From Lama glama (lineage: Eukaryota), in the NCBI GenBank assembly GCA_028534125.1, contig CM052817.1, positions 98,334,001 to 98,398,000 of the forward strand: a DNA stretch of 64,000 nucleotides, written 5' to 3'. Both the position numbers and the translations under genes were made by a program. The notes beneath the pieces are model-generated. The model made no database searches, was not told the DNA's origin, and was given only the letters and a program-made list of their open reading frames with translations. This document shows positions 1 to 12,520 of the stretch, in pieces. Numbering within the stretch: position 1 is the stretch's first letter; each line of letters opens with the position of its first letter.

Positions 1-76
1 CTAAGTTTTGGGGATGCATCAGTGAACAAAACGGACAAAGGTCACTGTTAGGGAATACAGACAATAATTAAGTACA

Positions 77-493
77 TTTCAGTTAGGATCTCAGTGGGAA
101 AGAGATGACATACTTAATAAAAACATTACTTCAAAAAGGTAAGGGTGAGGTTTAGGGAAACCAACGAGGGCTGGTGCAAAATTCCAAGGCTACCAATTTC
201 AGGGAGCTGTTATATGGTAGGCTTGATGGCACAAGAAAAGAGTATAGTTATTAAAACTCAAAGGGTCATGTGGCTTTCAGTAGAGAAAAACAGCCAAGTG
301 GCAGAGACACAGCAGGGAAGGAGCTGAGGAAATAAATACCCCAGCCTCACTGCCCCTCTGCCCTCTGATCTAGCACTGCTGCCCACTAGGCTACACTCAG
401 CTGGAACCCGAAGGACCAGAGACTGTTGATGCTGAGGGCACAGAGCAGGGTGGAGGAATGGCTCTGAAGGGGTAAATGAAAAATAGCCAGTAT
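77..493 (-). mobile_element. Ancient ERVL LTR (LTR33-like) nested in an L2
   Basis: The reverse strand reads ctggctatttttcatttaccccttcagagccattcctccaccctgctctgtgccctc...ggggtatttatttcc, resembling the LTR33 start. L2 sequence lies on both sides. Confidence 0.65.
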
Positions 494-494
494 G

Positions 495-2080
495 GTATGT
501 TAGAAGGTAATAAGTAAATAATAAAAACAATGATGGAGTAGGGAAAGAGGATAGGTAGTTTGGGAATCAGGAGAAGGTGTTACAAAATAAGAGTGGTCAG
601 AGTAGACATAACTGAGAAGGTATCAACTGAACTAAGACTTGAAGGAGACAGGGCGTTTAGACAGTTGAAAATTTGGGTAAGGAATATTCCAAGAAGAAGG
701 AATGGTCTGTGTGTGGCTGTTGTCTTTAAGAAAAAATAAGGCAGCCAGTATGATACGAGCAGAATGGATAAAGAGGAAATAGTAAGAGATGAAGACAGAA
801 TGTTTCAGGGGGCCCGATAATACAAGATTTTAAAGGCTAGTGAAATGAATTTGGTCCTAGCAAGCTGAGTGGGATACTGATGAAGGGTTTTGATCGGAGT
901 AAAGACACAACCTTACATATGTTTGAATGATCATTCTGGCTGCCGTTCTGGAAATAGGTGGTGGCAGGGAGAGGCAAGGATAGCATCAGGGCAGCATGCT
1001 AGGATGCTACTGCCATAACCCAAGCAAGAGGATGTTCAGACTAGGGTGGCAGCAGAGATGATTAGTAGTCAGATATAACTGAAGGTACAGCCAATAGGAT
1101 TTCATGACAGATTAGATGTAGAAGCAAGAGAAAGAAAGGAGTCAAAGATGCTCCTAGGTCACCTTGGAGAGTGGGAAGAATGTAATTGGTATTAACTAAG
1201 ATGGTAAGAATGTAAGTGGGGTCAATTTGAACCAGAAGATCAGGAATTTCAGATGTACTGAATATGGAGAATCTGTTGAATCTAAAGTGGATATATTGAC
1301 TAAGCAGATATATAAATGAACCTGGACTTGGGAGCAAGGTCTGGGCTGGAAATGGAAGATTGCGAGTGATCAGCATATATATGATATTTAAAGCAGTGAG
1401 ATAGAGGAGATCACAAAGAGAGTGAGTATGAACAGAGAAGGGAGGAGGGCCAAGGACTAGGGCTTGGGGAACTGCAATATTAAGGTGGTAGGGAGGTGGG
1501 AATCAACAGAGGAGATTGATAGAGAAAAAAATCAGAGAGTGAGGAGGAAAACCAGAAGATGTCTCTGAACAACAACAACAATAACAAAAATAAGTCTATC
1601 AAGAAGGGAATAACCAACCATGGGAAATGCTTCTAGACCAAGTAAGATAACAATTGGACTTAGCAAAATGAAGGCTATTGATAAACTTGACAAGAGCAGT
1701 ACTGGTGGAGTGATAGGGAGGGAGGGATGTGACAATAGTGGATTTGAGATACAGTAAAAGGAGAGGAATCAAAGACAATGAATGCAGACAACTCTTTCAA
1801 GACAGTTTACTGCAAAAAAAAGTTGTAATTGACAGGAAGAAATTTTTCTGTTTTTTTTTTAATGTGGGATAAATAACATGTTTGTATACTGATAGAAAAC
1901 ATTCAGTAAAAAAGGAAAATTGATGATTTGGAGAGAAAGGTGAGAGCTGCTGGAGCAATGGTCTCAAGAAGGTAAGTGCTGGAGCTCAGGCACAACTAAA
2001 TGGACCAACTTAAGATTGGACATGAATCAGATGGAGCATCTATGGTGTCACGAGAAGACAGGATAACTGACAGAAGTACC
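495..2080 (-). mobile_element. LINE-2 fragment (continues the piece at 1-70)
   Basis: Purine-rich antisense L2 motifs: gatcattctggctgc, gtcaaagatgctcctagg, ggtctgggctgga, gatatttaaagc, ccaaggactagggcttgggga. Confidence 0.8.
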
Positions 2081-3044
2081 AAAGAATGCACATTTTTTGT
2101 AAGGAACGATGCATTAGCCTGTCTGCTTGATAGTAGGAAAAAAAATTCAAAATAAATCTGAGTTTCCTTACTGAAGTTCCCCCAGAGTGGCAGGTAGAGC
2201 ACTGGTTCTCTACTATGAATGAGGACTTATATTACAATATGAAATTAAATTAATTTATAAATAAATTGACTTTATCCTAAAGGCAGAAAGTGATCAAAAC
2301 ACCACTAAGTTTTAAGTCTTAAGTCTTTTTTTTTTTTGCTTTATAGGAAATATTATGAGCCAGATACAGAAAAAAGCAAACTGAGAGGGTGTGCCTTCCT
2401 GCCCATCAGATCCAGGAACACATCTCAGATCAGAGGCATTGAGTTCTCTTGATCTTTCATTCTATTTCTATTAGTACAATAACAGCCATCTTTTATTTGA
2501 ATAGCATTTTACAACTTACAAAGCTTTGTACTATATTAAATGGAAATTAAATTGAAAGTAGTCTCACAGAGGACAGACAGAAATCTGGTCTCTGGGAAGA
2601 CAGCTGGCTACTTAAAAGTTTATATGCCATCAGCACTGCCCCCAATTCACTTCATTTTTATTTAATCACATATCAAAGATAAGATTTCAGGGGAAAATAA
2701 GCAGCAATAGATCATAAACCTATCAAAAGACATCGTTTTGTGAAATATGGCTGTGGTCATAAAGTTAAAACTAAGGGTCTCAGAGCCCTCCCTGTCATCT
2801 TCAAAAAATCAGCTGATGATGTTCATTGGGGCTTATCTTAGACTACTTTCTATTAAAGCTATTTTTTTCCTGTCTCAGCTAAACCTAAACCAGGACTGAC
2901 CTTTAGCCATTTTCTGATGAACTAGCAGGCTGTGATCTCCCAGGGGCCTGTTAACAAGAGCTGATATGCACAAGGGTCAGGGAGCCCGTAAAGAAGAAAT
3001 TCCTCTCTGCTGAGAAGAGGAAGAAACAGGAATAACCAGGAGGT

Positions 3045-3330
3045 AGATATTTATTGAGCATTTACTTTGTACCATACACTGTGCTGGGAAACTGGGATAT
3101 AGAAGGAAGCAAAAATAGACATGGCTCTTGCCTTCAAAGGGCTTCTTTTCAGTGGGGGCTGGCAGGAGACACACATCAAATCAGTCTCACAGATAAATGC
3201 AAACAGAAATGGAGCAGTTATGATAGAAGGTAAAAGTTGAGACTGGGGGGATATAATGGCAAAAAAAAAAGTTCTGTGTGTTGGGGAGTTCTGGATGGTG
3301 TGGGTAGTATGGTCAAATGGCACAGACCTT
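3045..3330 (-). mobile_element. LINE-2 3' fragment
   Basis: atatttattgagcatttactttgtaccatacactgtgctgggaaactgggatata is the reverse complement of an L2 3' end. Confidence 0.75.
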
Positions 3331-3819
3331 TTAAAATCTTTCACAAGAAGGATATATGGTCTGTAAGCAAAAGTGGAATATCAGAAACATCTCAATCCTA
3401 GATCTTGCTCTGGGGTTTCTGGATCTTAAGAAATCAAAAAGCCAATACTTGAAAGGGCTACAAGAGAACTGGCATCTTCAGGAGACAGCCACATTTATAT
3501 TAAGGCCAGGAGCTGAAGAAACCACATACGAGAGTGAGGACATTGCAGAGTTGGATGACTGGGGACCAGCAGTTCTAGGGGCACAGTGGAATAATTGAGG
3601 CTATCAAAAGTGTGGGGAGACAAAATCAAGGAAAGAAAAGTAAAATGTTATTGGGATGAGGGCTTATGCTTTGGGTGTTGACTGATGAAAAGATGGATTA
3701 ATTCATTTACTTAACAGTTTAACAAATATTAAGCACCTTCATGGGTTCCAGGGCTGATGACCCAGGTGAGACCTCAAAGCAGCAGGTCCCTCCCTTCACT
3801 GGGAAGCAGGAGGAGCTGA

Positions 3820-4035
3820 GCGGTTAGTGGCACTGACTCTGGAGCCAGGCTGCATGGGCTTAAATTCTGGCTAAACTAGTAATTGGCTGTGTGACCTTGG
3901 GCAAGTTACTTTACATTTCTAAGCTTTGACTGTCTCATCTCTAAAGTATAATACACCTTCCTAATTAGCTCGAGGATTATATGAATTAGTCTATGTAAAG
4001 CATTTAGAATATTCTCTGGCACACAGTTAGTTGTT
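3820..4035 (+). mobile_element. MIR SINE
   Basis: MIR core: gactctggagccagg...gctgtgtgaccttgggcaagttactt...tgtaaagcatttagaa...ctggcacacag. Confidence 0.85.
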
Positions 4036-4134
4036 AGGTGGCCATAAAAGAAATGACAAAAATGATTAATAAGATCATTTCAGACAGCAGTGTTGCTTTT
4101 CAGGAAGTAGAGAGTCAGTCATGCGGAAAGCCAT

Positions 4135-4390
4135 GGGCAGCTTAGTGTATCAAAGAGTATGGGGCTCTGGCATCTCATGCCTGGGTTCAGATCCTGACTC
4201 TGTGCACCTTCAAATGTGTGGCCTTGGGCAAATTTCCTAAGCTATGTGTTTCTGTGTGTTCACCTCTAAATGATTAATAACACTTATCTCATAAAGTTGT
4301 TTTGGGGAATTAGACAAGTAAACACATGTAAGTTACTTAGAGTAGTGCCAGGAATACAGTTCATGTACAATAACTGTTGGCTGTTAATGA
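4135..4390 (+). mobile_element. MIR SINE
   Basis: gcctgggttcagatcctgactctg...tgtgtggccttgggcaaatt...ttagagtagtgccagg. Confidence 0.85.
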
Positions 4391-5534
4391 TGATTGTTTT
4401 AGAGAATGGAGACGCATGTGCAAAGCCTCCAACGCTCATTCAAATAACCGGAAGAAGGGCACTGTGACTGGAAGCTAGTGAACAAGAGTTTCAGCAGTCT
4501 TTGACAGGAGGTGGGCAGCGGTCCTAGTGGTGTAGGACTTGTCTTTCTTGCCTGGGTTACGGCAGGTGCAAGACGGAACTCACCTGAGATGATGTAGACG
4601 TCACAGACACCTATGTTCTGACAGTCTGGATCTGTCCCCTGTCCTGGAGCAAGAGTTGGTGGACCTCTATATAGCAAAGAGCTGCAGGGCATTCTGATAC
4701 ATGGGGTAGAGACTGCAGCCTAGGTACCTAGTCACAAGACTGTCACAATATAGATGTATCCTAGAGGGACAGTCTTCCCATTAAGTCACCAGAGTTCTGG
4801 CTCAATAAGGCTTAGACGAAACATGGCATGGTTTGTCCCTTCTAGGGTTCTGCAGCTTTGGACCACCAGCAGACACACTCACAAGCAGTTTCATGGACAG
4901 CACAGCAGCAGGGAATAGCACAATGGCCTGAGCCTTCGTCAAGGGAGCTGAGGACAAAAGGAATGCGCAAGTGCTCTTGTGTATTAGAATCCATCAGAGT
5001 CCTTCAAGGATCTTCCGGGAATGCATGGGGTGAGATTTCCTAATAGGTACAGAATTCCTTGCAATTAGCTCAGGTTATCATTAGATGAAATTTGGGTGTT
5101 AGCATTAATGTGATTTCATTTGTACCTACAGGTTGAGGATATCTGGAATATATACACTTGTTATTTTTCCAAGTAAAATGCAATCTTGTAGACTGCACAC
5201 TCTGTCTCCTAAAATCCTAATAAAACAACCATTTAATAAATACCAATCAATGATGGGAAAGGTGAGTCTTAGTTTAAACAGATTCAAAGGAAGCAAGAGT
5301 TACAGCTCTTAGAGGTAAAGAATCATCCCATTTCTCTCTGCTTCAAAATATGGACAAATGTTGCTGGAGAGAAAATACCAAAGCAGGAATAGAAAACTCT
5401 TTAGAGTTTAATAGGAGTACTTCATATCTGAGTCACTTAATGCCAATGACTGATCATATTGACAATATTAGCCTAAGTATTAGATATAAATTCAATAAGA
5501 TACACTATGTATTTTTCAAAAGTATTCATCCCAA

Positions 5535-5850
5535 AAAGCATGGTGTACAGAGGGAAAAACACTGTTTCAGGAGTAGGTGTCATAGGTCCCAATTCTGCCA
5601 TGCGACCTAGGTTATGATATTTTGGGTATGTCACTTAAATTTTAAAATAATGGTGATCATAATTATAAACCTCTATCATTTAGAGGTATTTACTGTTCTA
5701 AGAGCTTGACATCTATCCATGCATTTGACCTAAGAGCAACTCTAAGAGAAAGGCACTCATTACTTCCATTAAGGAAGAGGAACATAGAGGAACATTCACA
5801 GTCATACCAATTTCAAGTAGCAGAGCCAGGTTAAGAATCCAGGGAGTCCC
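5535..5850. mobile_element. Two degraded MIR fragments in opposite orientation
   Basis: The + piece has cccaattctgcca...tttgggtatgtcacttaa. The - piece has ggcactcattacttccatt...gtagcagagccaggttaagaatccagg. Confidence 0.55.
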
Positions 5851-8800
5851 CTCTTCTTTTTCTTCCTTCCCTTTCCTGAACAAGGCAGTCCTAAAGTCAC
5901 TAGAGGAGACTCAGCAAGGTGGGCACCCACACCGGGCAGGGGGGTGCATATTCCTCTGGCCTTGCACAGGGTGATGGAGTGAAGGTCTGGGCAGAAGAGG
6001 GTAATCCTGCAGAGGGACAGCCTGGCACAGTGAACCAGACCCCCAAGTGAGGTGAGGAAGACAGCCATGTGCAAAGAGCCCAAGATGAGGTCCAAGAGAG
6101 TGTGCCAAAGCTTGACAACAAATAGTGTGCTGCATGCCTAGACCTTTTGGAATAATGATTGCCACAGAGGAAACAAGATGATACCCAGAAAAATAAAGTA
6201 TTCAGAAACATTAGGTAATGTACAAAGGACAAAGAGCAACAAACAGATCTTCAATTAAAGGCCACTGTCAGATATTAAAGGATGGTCTTTATGTGACTAC
6301 TGACATGTAAAAGTCTTCTTTTCAAAGCGCATAAGCATTGTTAATATGCCATCAGTAGACCCGCTCCTAATCACTGTGGTTTAAAAACAGTGTTTTTAAA
6401 AGATAATTAGATATATAGATAGGTAGATAGATAGACAGGTATACATATATTTTTATAGAGGTTTTTTTTCTTGATAGTTAATTCTTTAAACATATAAAAC
6501 TCTTTGTATAAGTTTATTGGTATTGTTATACTATTAGGTATTTCAATGCCTGTACCAGCATGTAAAAAAATATATGGTTACCATACACTATTTATTTACT
6601 CAAAAACGGCACTCACAAATAAATGTATTAATTTGCCTTACAATTGTTTACCAGTAATCCAGCACCATGAGGCATATCCTGGTTGTAAAACAGGCATAAA
6701 AACCAGTTATGCTAAAATGAGCAAACTAATTCCAAGATGATAAAAATGCTCCCTAAGAAAATACCATTCACTTTTCAAAAATATATTTGGGATGTCCTAG
6801 GAATTGGAAACAACCAAATTTTGAAACTTCTAAATTCATTTTCATATCACTTTCATTTCAGGTCCAGAACATAAATACATTATGAAAAGCTGTTAATAGA
6901 ATCTTTCCAGATATATCATTGCCATGATTACAGACTTCACGCTGCTGTTTTTGAGGTTGTCCCTCAACACACAGATTCCAGATTGCATTAAGAAGTGTAA
7001 AGAGAAAAGTGATAATTCTCTTCTTTGTTACTGAAAAGAAGCAAACATGACCCCAAAGGACTCCATTTTATACTTTAATTTGAAGTGTTTTATGAACTAA
7101 GCAAATTCTAGGAAAAAAAAATTGAGGAGGCAGAGTAGGTAGACTAATTCCCGAGAAGAAAAAAGGTAATAGCGACACTTATCTCAGAAGGTAACACCAT
7201 CTGATCATGAATCTGAAAACACGGGTAGTCTTTTCTATTGTACAGTAAGAAGGTGGATCTTTTGATGGCATGAATGGCTATGTAAAAAGCAGAGCATTGA
7301 TTTAAAATATTTTTACTAAAACTGTAGATCAAACAAAGTCTAGTGATTTATAATGAATGGCTCAGGATCTCATCCAGCTAAAAGACTTCAATGATCTAGC
7401 CCTCTCCAAATACTTTTGGAATGGAGATCTAATTGGATGTTCTATTTAGAGTCTGTGCTATTGAAAAAGGCTTTTATCAACATCAAATGGGCATAGTAAC
7501 ATAATTCAACAAGCAAGCAAGTAATGGAATGGAATTAAACAAAGGAAAACATACACCCACAAAGGTGAACTTAGCATTGGAGGGCTTCAACTGCATTATT
7601 TTTAAAATTCTGAATAAAACACAAAATGTCCAACATAGTCTTCCCAGCAAGTACATTATTTGTTGGAAGCCAGAATGCTGCTTCAGTGCATTCTGATTCC
7701 TTATTTTGTTACATAATAATATGCTTAAAAAGCAACACATTGTGAGCTTGGGAGCTGTTAGGCATTTATTTACCATGGTGGGTTAATCTCATTCAGTGAG
7801 GTATAGAAACTCAATAATGAGTGCTACAGTATATAAGCTAATTGCTAGGATAAAACCAAATGAATAATTACTTAACTCCAGAATGAGGCCTGCGGGAATT
7901 TTTCTTTAATAAAGGTTTAATTCACCAGTGATAATGAATGCAATCTCACATACTACTGAATAACACCATTAGCATAATGGCTGTGATACAAAAACTATAA
8001 TTAGAACTAAACAGAAACGTTAATTACAACCACCAAGGTACTCAATGAAATACTGTTGTTTAAGAAATTGACCTGCTTTGCTGTCATGCTTTATGGGCTC
8101 AAGGATATCTCTGTAATTAAATATACATGCATATAAATATATATGCATATATGTGAACAGAATAGGATTTCTTAATCAATCTATTGGAATCCTCTTAAGT
8201 ATAATAAATCTGTTAATGAGAAATTGTCTAGAATTTGAAATACAAGATAAACATAACAATGATTAAAACTTCTGTTTTTTTATCTTAGTTAAATGTGAAC
8301 ATCAATATTTGCGTTAAAAAAAGTCTACAATATTAGAGTAAGTGTTTCCAATTTTACATCTTACTGGTGTTAGCTCTATGAACACTAGAAAAGAAGTTAC
8401 TAAAAATGAACGGATTAATAAAGTGTGAAATATTACTATAATAAGTTGGAAAAATAAGTTGCACAATCAATTAAAAAAAGTCAAAGTACTAAATTAATGG
8501 TTCTAAAAAGACTCAGCTATGATTCTTAAAATTCTTCCCAGATACATAAATACGTATACAGTATTTAACTGCACAATTAATAGATTTATATATCCAAACA
8601 GATATATGTTGATGAGCATTTTGAAGCCAAGTGTCACAGTCTGTTAAATATCAAAAATAATAACAATAACTATAACAAGCTTCTATTATACAGATGCTTT
8701 CAATTTAGAAATATAATCAGAAAGATATGAGATGCACTTCAAATATGTTTTATTGCCAACTCTAATGCTACTGAGTTTTCATAATAAAGGAATCTTTATT

Positions 8801-9639
8801 TTTAAGATAGAACTCAATAAAAATAAAAACATCCTATGAACCAAACCAGTAAGACTGGCTTACTAATCAGTGTATCCCTGGTTACTCTTCATCATTTACT
8901 TCAATATTGTTTTAATGGAATAAATATATTTTCAATTATTTTTCTACCAATCCCTTCCCTCTATTATAATGCATTTTCAATAGTCCAACACAATTTTTGA
9001 GGTCTTATATTTGTAGCCTCTCCAGTAATACACCTGGAAAGTGCCTCTCTTCCCACGAGCAGTCCTCCTATGAAAACTCCATTCTTTAATGAAAGATTGC
9101 CTGGTAATAACGCATCCGACATCTGTATTTATCCTTCACAGTACAATTTTCTGTGACCTGGATGATTGCTCACCACAAGCAGATTGCTCACCATAGCATT
9201 CACCCTGACAATAGCCCATGAGGGAACAGGAGGGAGGAAGCATTAGCTTACATGCTTCCACCTCCATGTTGCTCTCATGTCCTCTTCCGCTAATAAACTG
9301 TGTGGGTAGAACTTGATTGCTTGTAAGTTTCTCTTTTTGCCATCCACTATCTGGTGGAATATGCCCAAACAATTAAACCTAAATGGCCAGCTTTGATTTT
9401 TGAATTCCAGACTCATGTTGGAGGCTCTAATAGGTGACTGACTATAACTCCCAAATAGGTCTTTGACCAAAATGAACTTCTCTTATATTAGGAAATGTCA
9501 CCTCTTACACAACTCTGGATAGGTTATAGAATGTAGGGTGGGAAGGAAGGAAAAGACTGTGTACGACGTAGTAAATTAGATGAGTAAAACCAACTCTGGT
9601 ACCAAAGGGATAAGTGGCCACTCTCATTACACAGACACT

Positions 9640-9830
9640 TATGTAACTGCCTGGTGGGCCTCTCCAACTCAATGATCTACAAACTAGCCCCTGCTTAGAA
9701 TTACTCTGTGCAAGTCGTCTTTCGCTTATATTCCCTACCTCAGTTAATGGTAACACTGTCAGCTCAGCCACCCCAGCAGGAAATCAGAAAATGTTCTCTA
9801 CATCCTTGTACTCCATTAGATAACAACCCT
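9640..9830 (+). mobile_element. LINE-2 fragment
   Basis: ttccctacctcagttaatggtaacactgtcagctcagcca...aggaaatc resembles L2 sense sequence. Confidence 0.5.
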
Positions 9831-11259
9831 TAAAATACCTTAAAATTTTTATTTTTCTTGTCATTCTCAGTAATTCTCTTTTTTTTTTCAGTGAGAAAGA
9901 GGGGGCATAGAATAGAAAATAATTTTCCTACAACAAAACTTGAATAATCTTTAATATACCTTGAATCAAAAAAAAACCTCTTTTTAGACCCATTAAAAGC
10001 CAATACTAGAATTTCTAAAATAATGCTTTAATCTGGACAGCATAATGTTATCAATTTTAGAAAAGGTATTGCCAACTGATGATCATAAATGTGGACTGAA
10101 TATTATTAGTCTATCCAAGCAGGTTTAGAATTGCCTGTTATCACCTATTAACTCCCTAAAACATACATGTTGAAATTGCCTCTAACTAGATGGTTAGAGA
10201 AAGATCTTATGTTTCAGGCCTTAAGCAACTCTTTTTCTACAAGAAGAAAAGGAGGGGGTTCCTAATGGTACCCAGCAATCAGTACTTTTACCCTTGGGTA
10301 AGCCCTGCAGTTAAAGAGTGTGTGCATAGTCTGAGAAAAATTCACCTTGCTATGGACCTTGAACCATTCTGCAAACACACAGAAAAATAAATTAAGTTAA
10401 TTCAAGTGCTGTTGCTGCTGCTAACACTGTCCTTCACTGAGGAGAAAAAAAAAATAGGTGGGTGCAGGTAGTGGGGAGAACTAAGGAGAAGGAAATTTGG
10501 AAATGGCACAAAAATCTTCATTCTGCCTAGTGCTGGCCGGAATATAAATTTCTGAAAAGGAGAATCATAATCAAACACAAACCATCTATTCTGTTGTATA
10601 AAAATTAGCAACTGTGATTCAGGCATGTGGCTCTACCCAGATACAATGCTTTTCTTCTTTTTTCATTTTTTGCATTTTCTACTTCATAATATCTAAAAAC
10701 TCCTGTCCAAACAGAGCCATATACTACACCCACAAAAAGACTCAGCCTCCTTTGTATTTTTAATTAACTCAGGCCCAGCAGTCATTTTTAATAGCTAACA
10801 TTTTGGTTGAGTTACAGTATGCACACTGCTGAGACATAAATGCAAAGTAATCACTCTAATAAGTAGATATAAACATTTACAACAATTGCAACAAGTCTCT
10901 GCAACAAATACGGGGATATAAAGAAAAATAACCAGCAGCAAGCCAGGAAACAAGTCTCAATACAATGGTATGACTGTGAATGTCATTCAAAGCTCTGATC
11001 TTTTGTTGCCTTTAGTAATTTCAATACCCTAAAGTCACTAACGAGCTTGTACTTTAAATGTCAAAAAATGAGAACCCTGATTAAGAAACAAAAACAAAAA
11101 CTAAGACTTCAATTTTCATGTTTGTGTCAAAGATACCAGCAGAGAACTCAAGGCGTTTGGGTGACTGCATCATTTCTCAACACGAAGAAATGATAACGCC
11201 TCAGTCCAGAAGCAAACAGGGCAAGCCCTCAGCACTCCACCCACAAAGAACAACATGCC

Positions 11260-11710
11260 TCAAGGTTGGGAAGGAGCCGGACAGGTATGGAGAGCAGAGA
11301 GAGTGCCATCCGACCAAGATGAGGTTGGAAAAGCAGGCTGTGGTCAGGCTGTGGCGAGCTTGGCAGGCCAGGGGAAGGGGAACAGACGTTATTCTAAGTA
11401 CAGTGAAGACTTGAAAGGGTTTTTAAGCAAGGTAGCACCATGATCTGACTTACGTGTCTTAAAGGCCATTGGTTGGTCTTTAGAGAATAGATTGTATAGG
11501 GCCAAGAATAAAACCAAAGAAACCATCTATAGGCTATTGTAGTGGCTGTTGAGTATTCAGGGGTCGGACTACAGATGGAGGCAGAAAGACCAGACAGATC
11601 AAGGACAGGTATTAGAGGAGAAAGGAGAAGGAAGAGATAAAGAATGAGACCCCAGGTTGGGACTTCAGCCCAGGGGAGAAAGATGATGCCCATCACAGAG
11701 CCAGAGAACA
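11260..11710 (-). mobile_element. LINE-2 fragment
   Basis: gggtttttaagcaaggtagcaccatgatctgacttacgtgtcttaaaggccatt; ggctattgtagt; gatgatgcccatcacagag. Confidence 0.75.
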
Positions 11711-11884
11711 CAGCGAAAGGGGAAAGCTTCTACAGGATTTAAGTCCACAGCTTTCATGTTTCTGATCTGCATCAAGCAGTGTCTACAATACACCATGAAT
11801 ACTGTCATTGCCATTGCCATTGCCTTTTAATAGCTTATAACCTACTATGACACAGAGAGACAAATGTATAAGTAATCACTAGAA

Positions 11885-12085
11885 AGGAATAGCTAACACA
11901 TAAAACGTGAGCTCAGCACTAGTCTAAGAGCTTTCTTTGTTTAAACCTCCCACAAACTCATGTTACAGGTGGGAAGACTGGGGTTCAGAGAAGTAAGGTG
12001 ACAACCCAGCTGATATACATTAGAGCTAGGATTTAAAACTTAATCAATCTGCCTCCAAAGTGTATGCCTTTAACTTTTATGCAAC
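11885..12085 (-). mobile_element. MIR SINE
   Basis: tacaggtgggaagactggggttcagagaagtaag...agagctaggatttaaaact...ctgcctccaaag. Confidence 0.7.
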
Positions 12086-12094
12086 AACTTTTTT

Positions 12095-12269
12095 GAACTC
12101 TATCAAACATTTAAAGAAGAATTAATAGCAATCATTCTCAAGCTCTTCCAAAAGTCTGAAGAGGAAGAAACTCTTTCAAGTTCATTTTATGGGGCCAGCA
12201 TTACCCTGATACAAAAGCCAGGCAAGGACACTACAAGAAAAAGAAATTACAGGGCAATATCCCTGGTGA
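12095..12269 (+). mobile_element. Isolated internal L1 ORF2 fragment (region leading into the RT domain)
   Basis: Translates without stops as ELYQTFKEELIAIILKLFQKSEEEETLSSSFYGASITLIQKPGKDTTRKRNYRAISLV, matching L1 ORF2p EFYQTFKEEL...SFYEASITLIPKPGKD...NYRPISL. Confidence 0.92.
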
Positions 12270-12520
12270 TCATTCACTCCTTTATTCATCAAATGTTTAT
12301 CAAGCTTCAAAGCCTACTAAGGCCTCCTTTAGTGCCCAAAATATAATGGCAAATAAGATATTTGCTTCCAAAATGCTGTCTAGTAGAAGAGATAGAAACA
12401 AACAGTGCAATAAAAATCCTTTAAGTAATACTGGGGAGCCAAAGAAAGGAAACAAGTTCTGCAAGTTGTGAAGGGGTGGAGTGAGAAGTGTTCAGAAAGC
12501 CTTGGTAGAGTCTTTCCCTT
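12270..12520 (-). mobile_element. LINE-2 3' fragment
   Basis: cattcactcctttattcatcaaatgtttatcaagc... is an antisense L2 tail. Confidence 0.5.

Noticed and set aside
9164..9197. Short direct repeat gattgctcacca x2
   Set aside because: Only two copies 18 bp apart; an ordinary slippage duplication, not an array. No CRISPR-like structure anywhere in this eukaryotic window.
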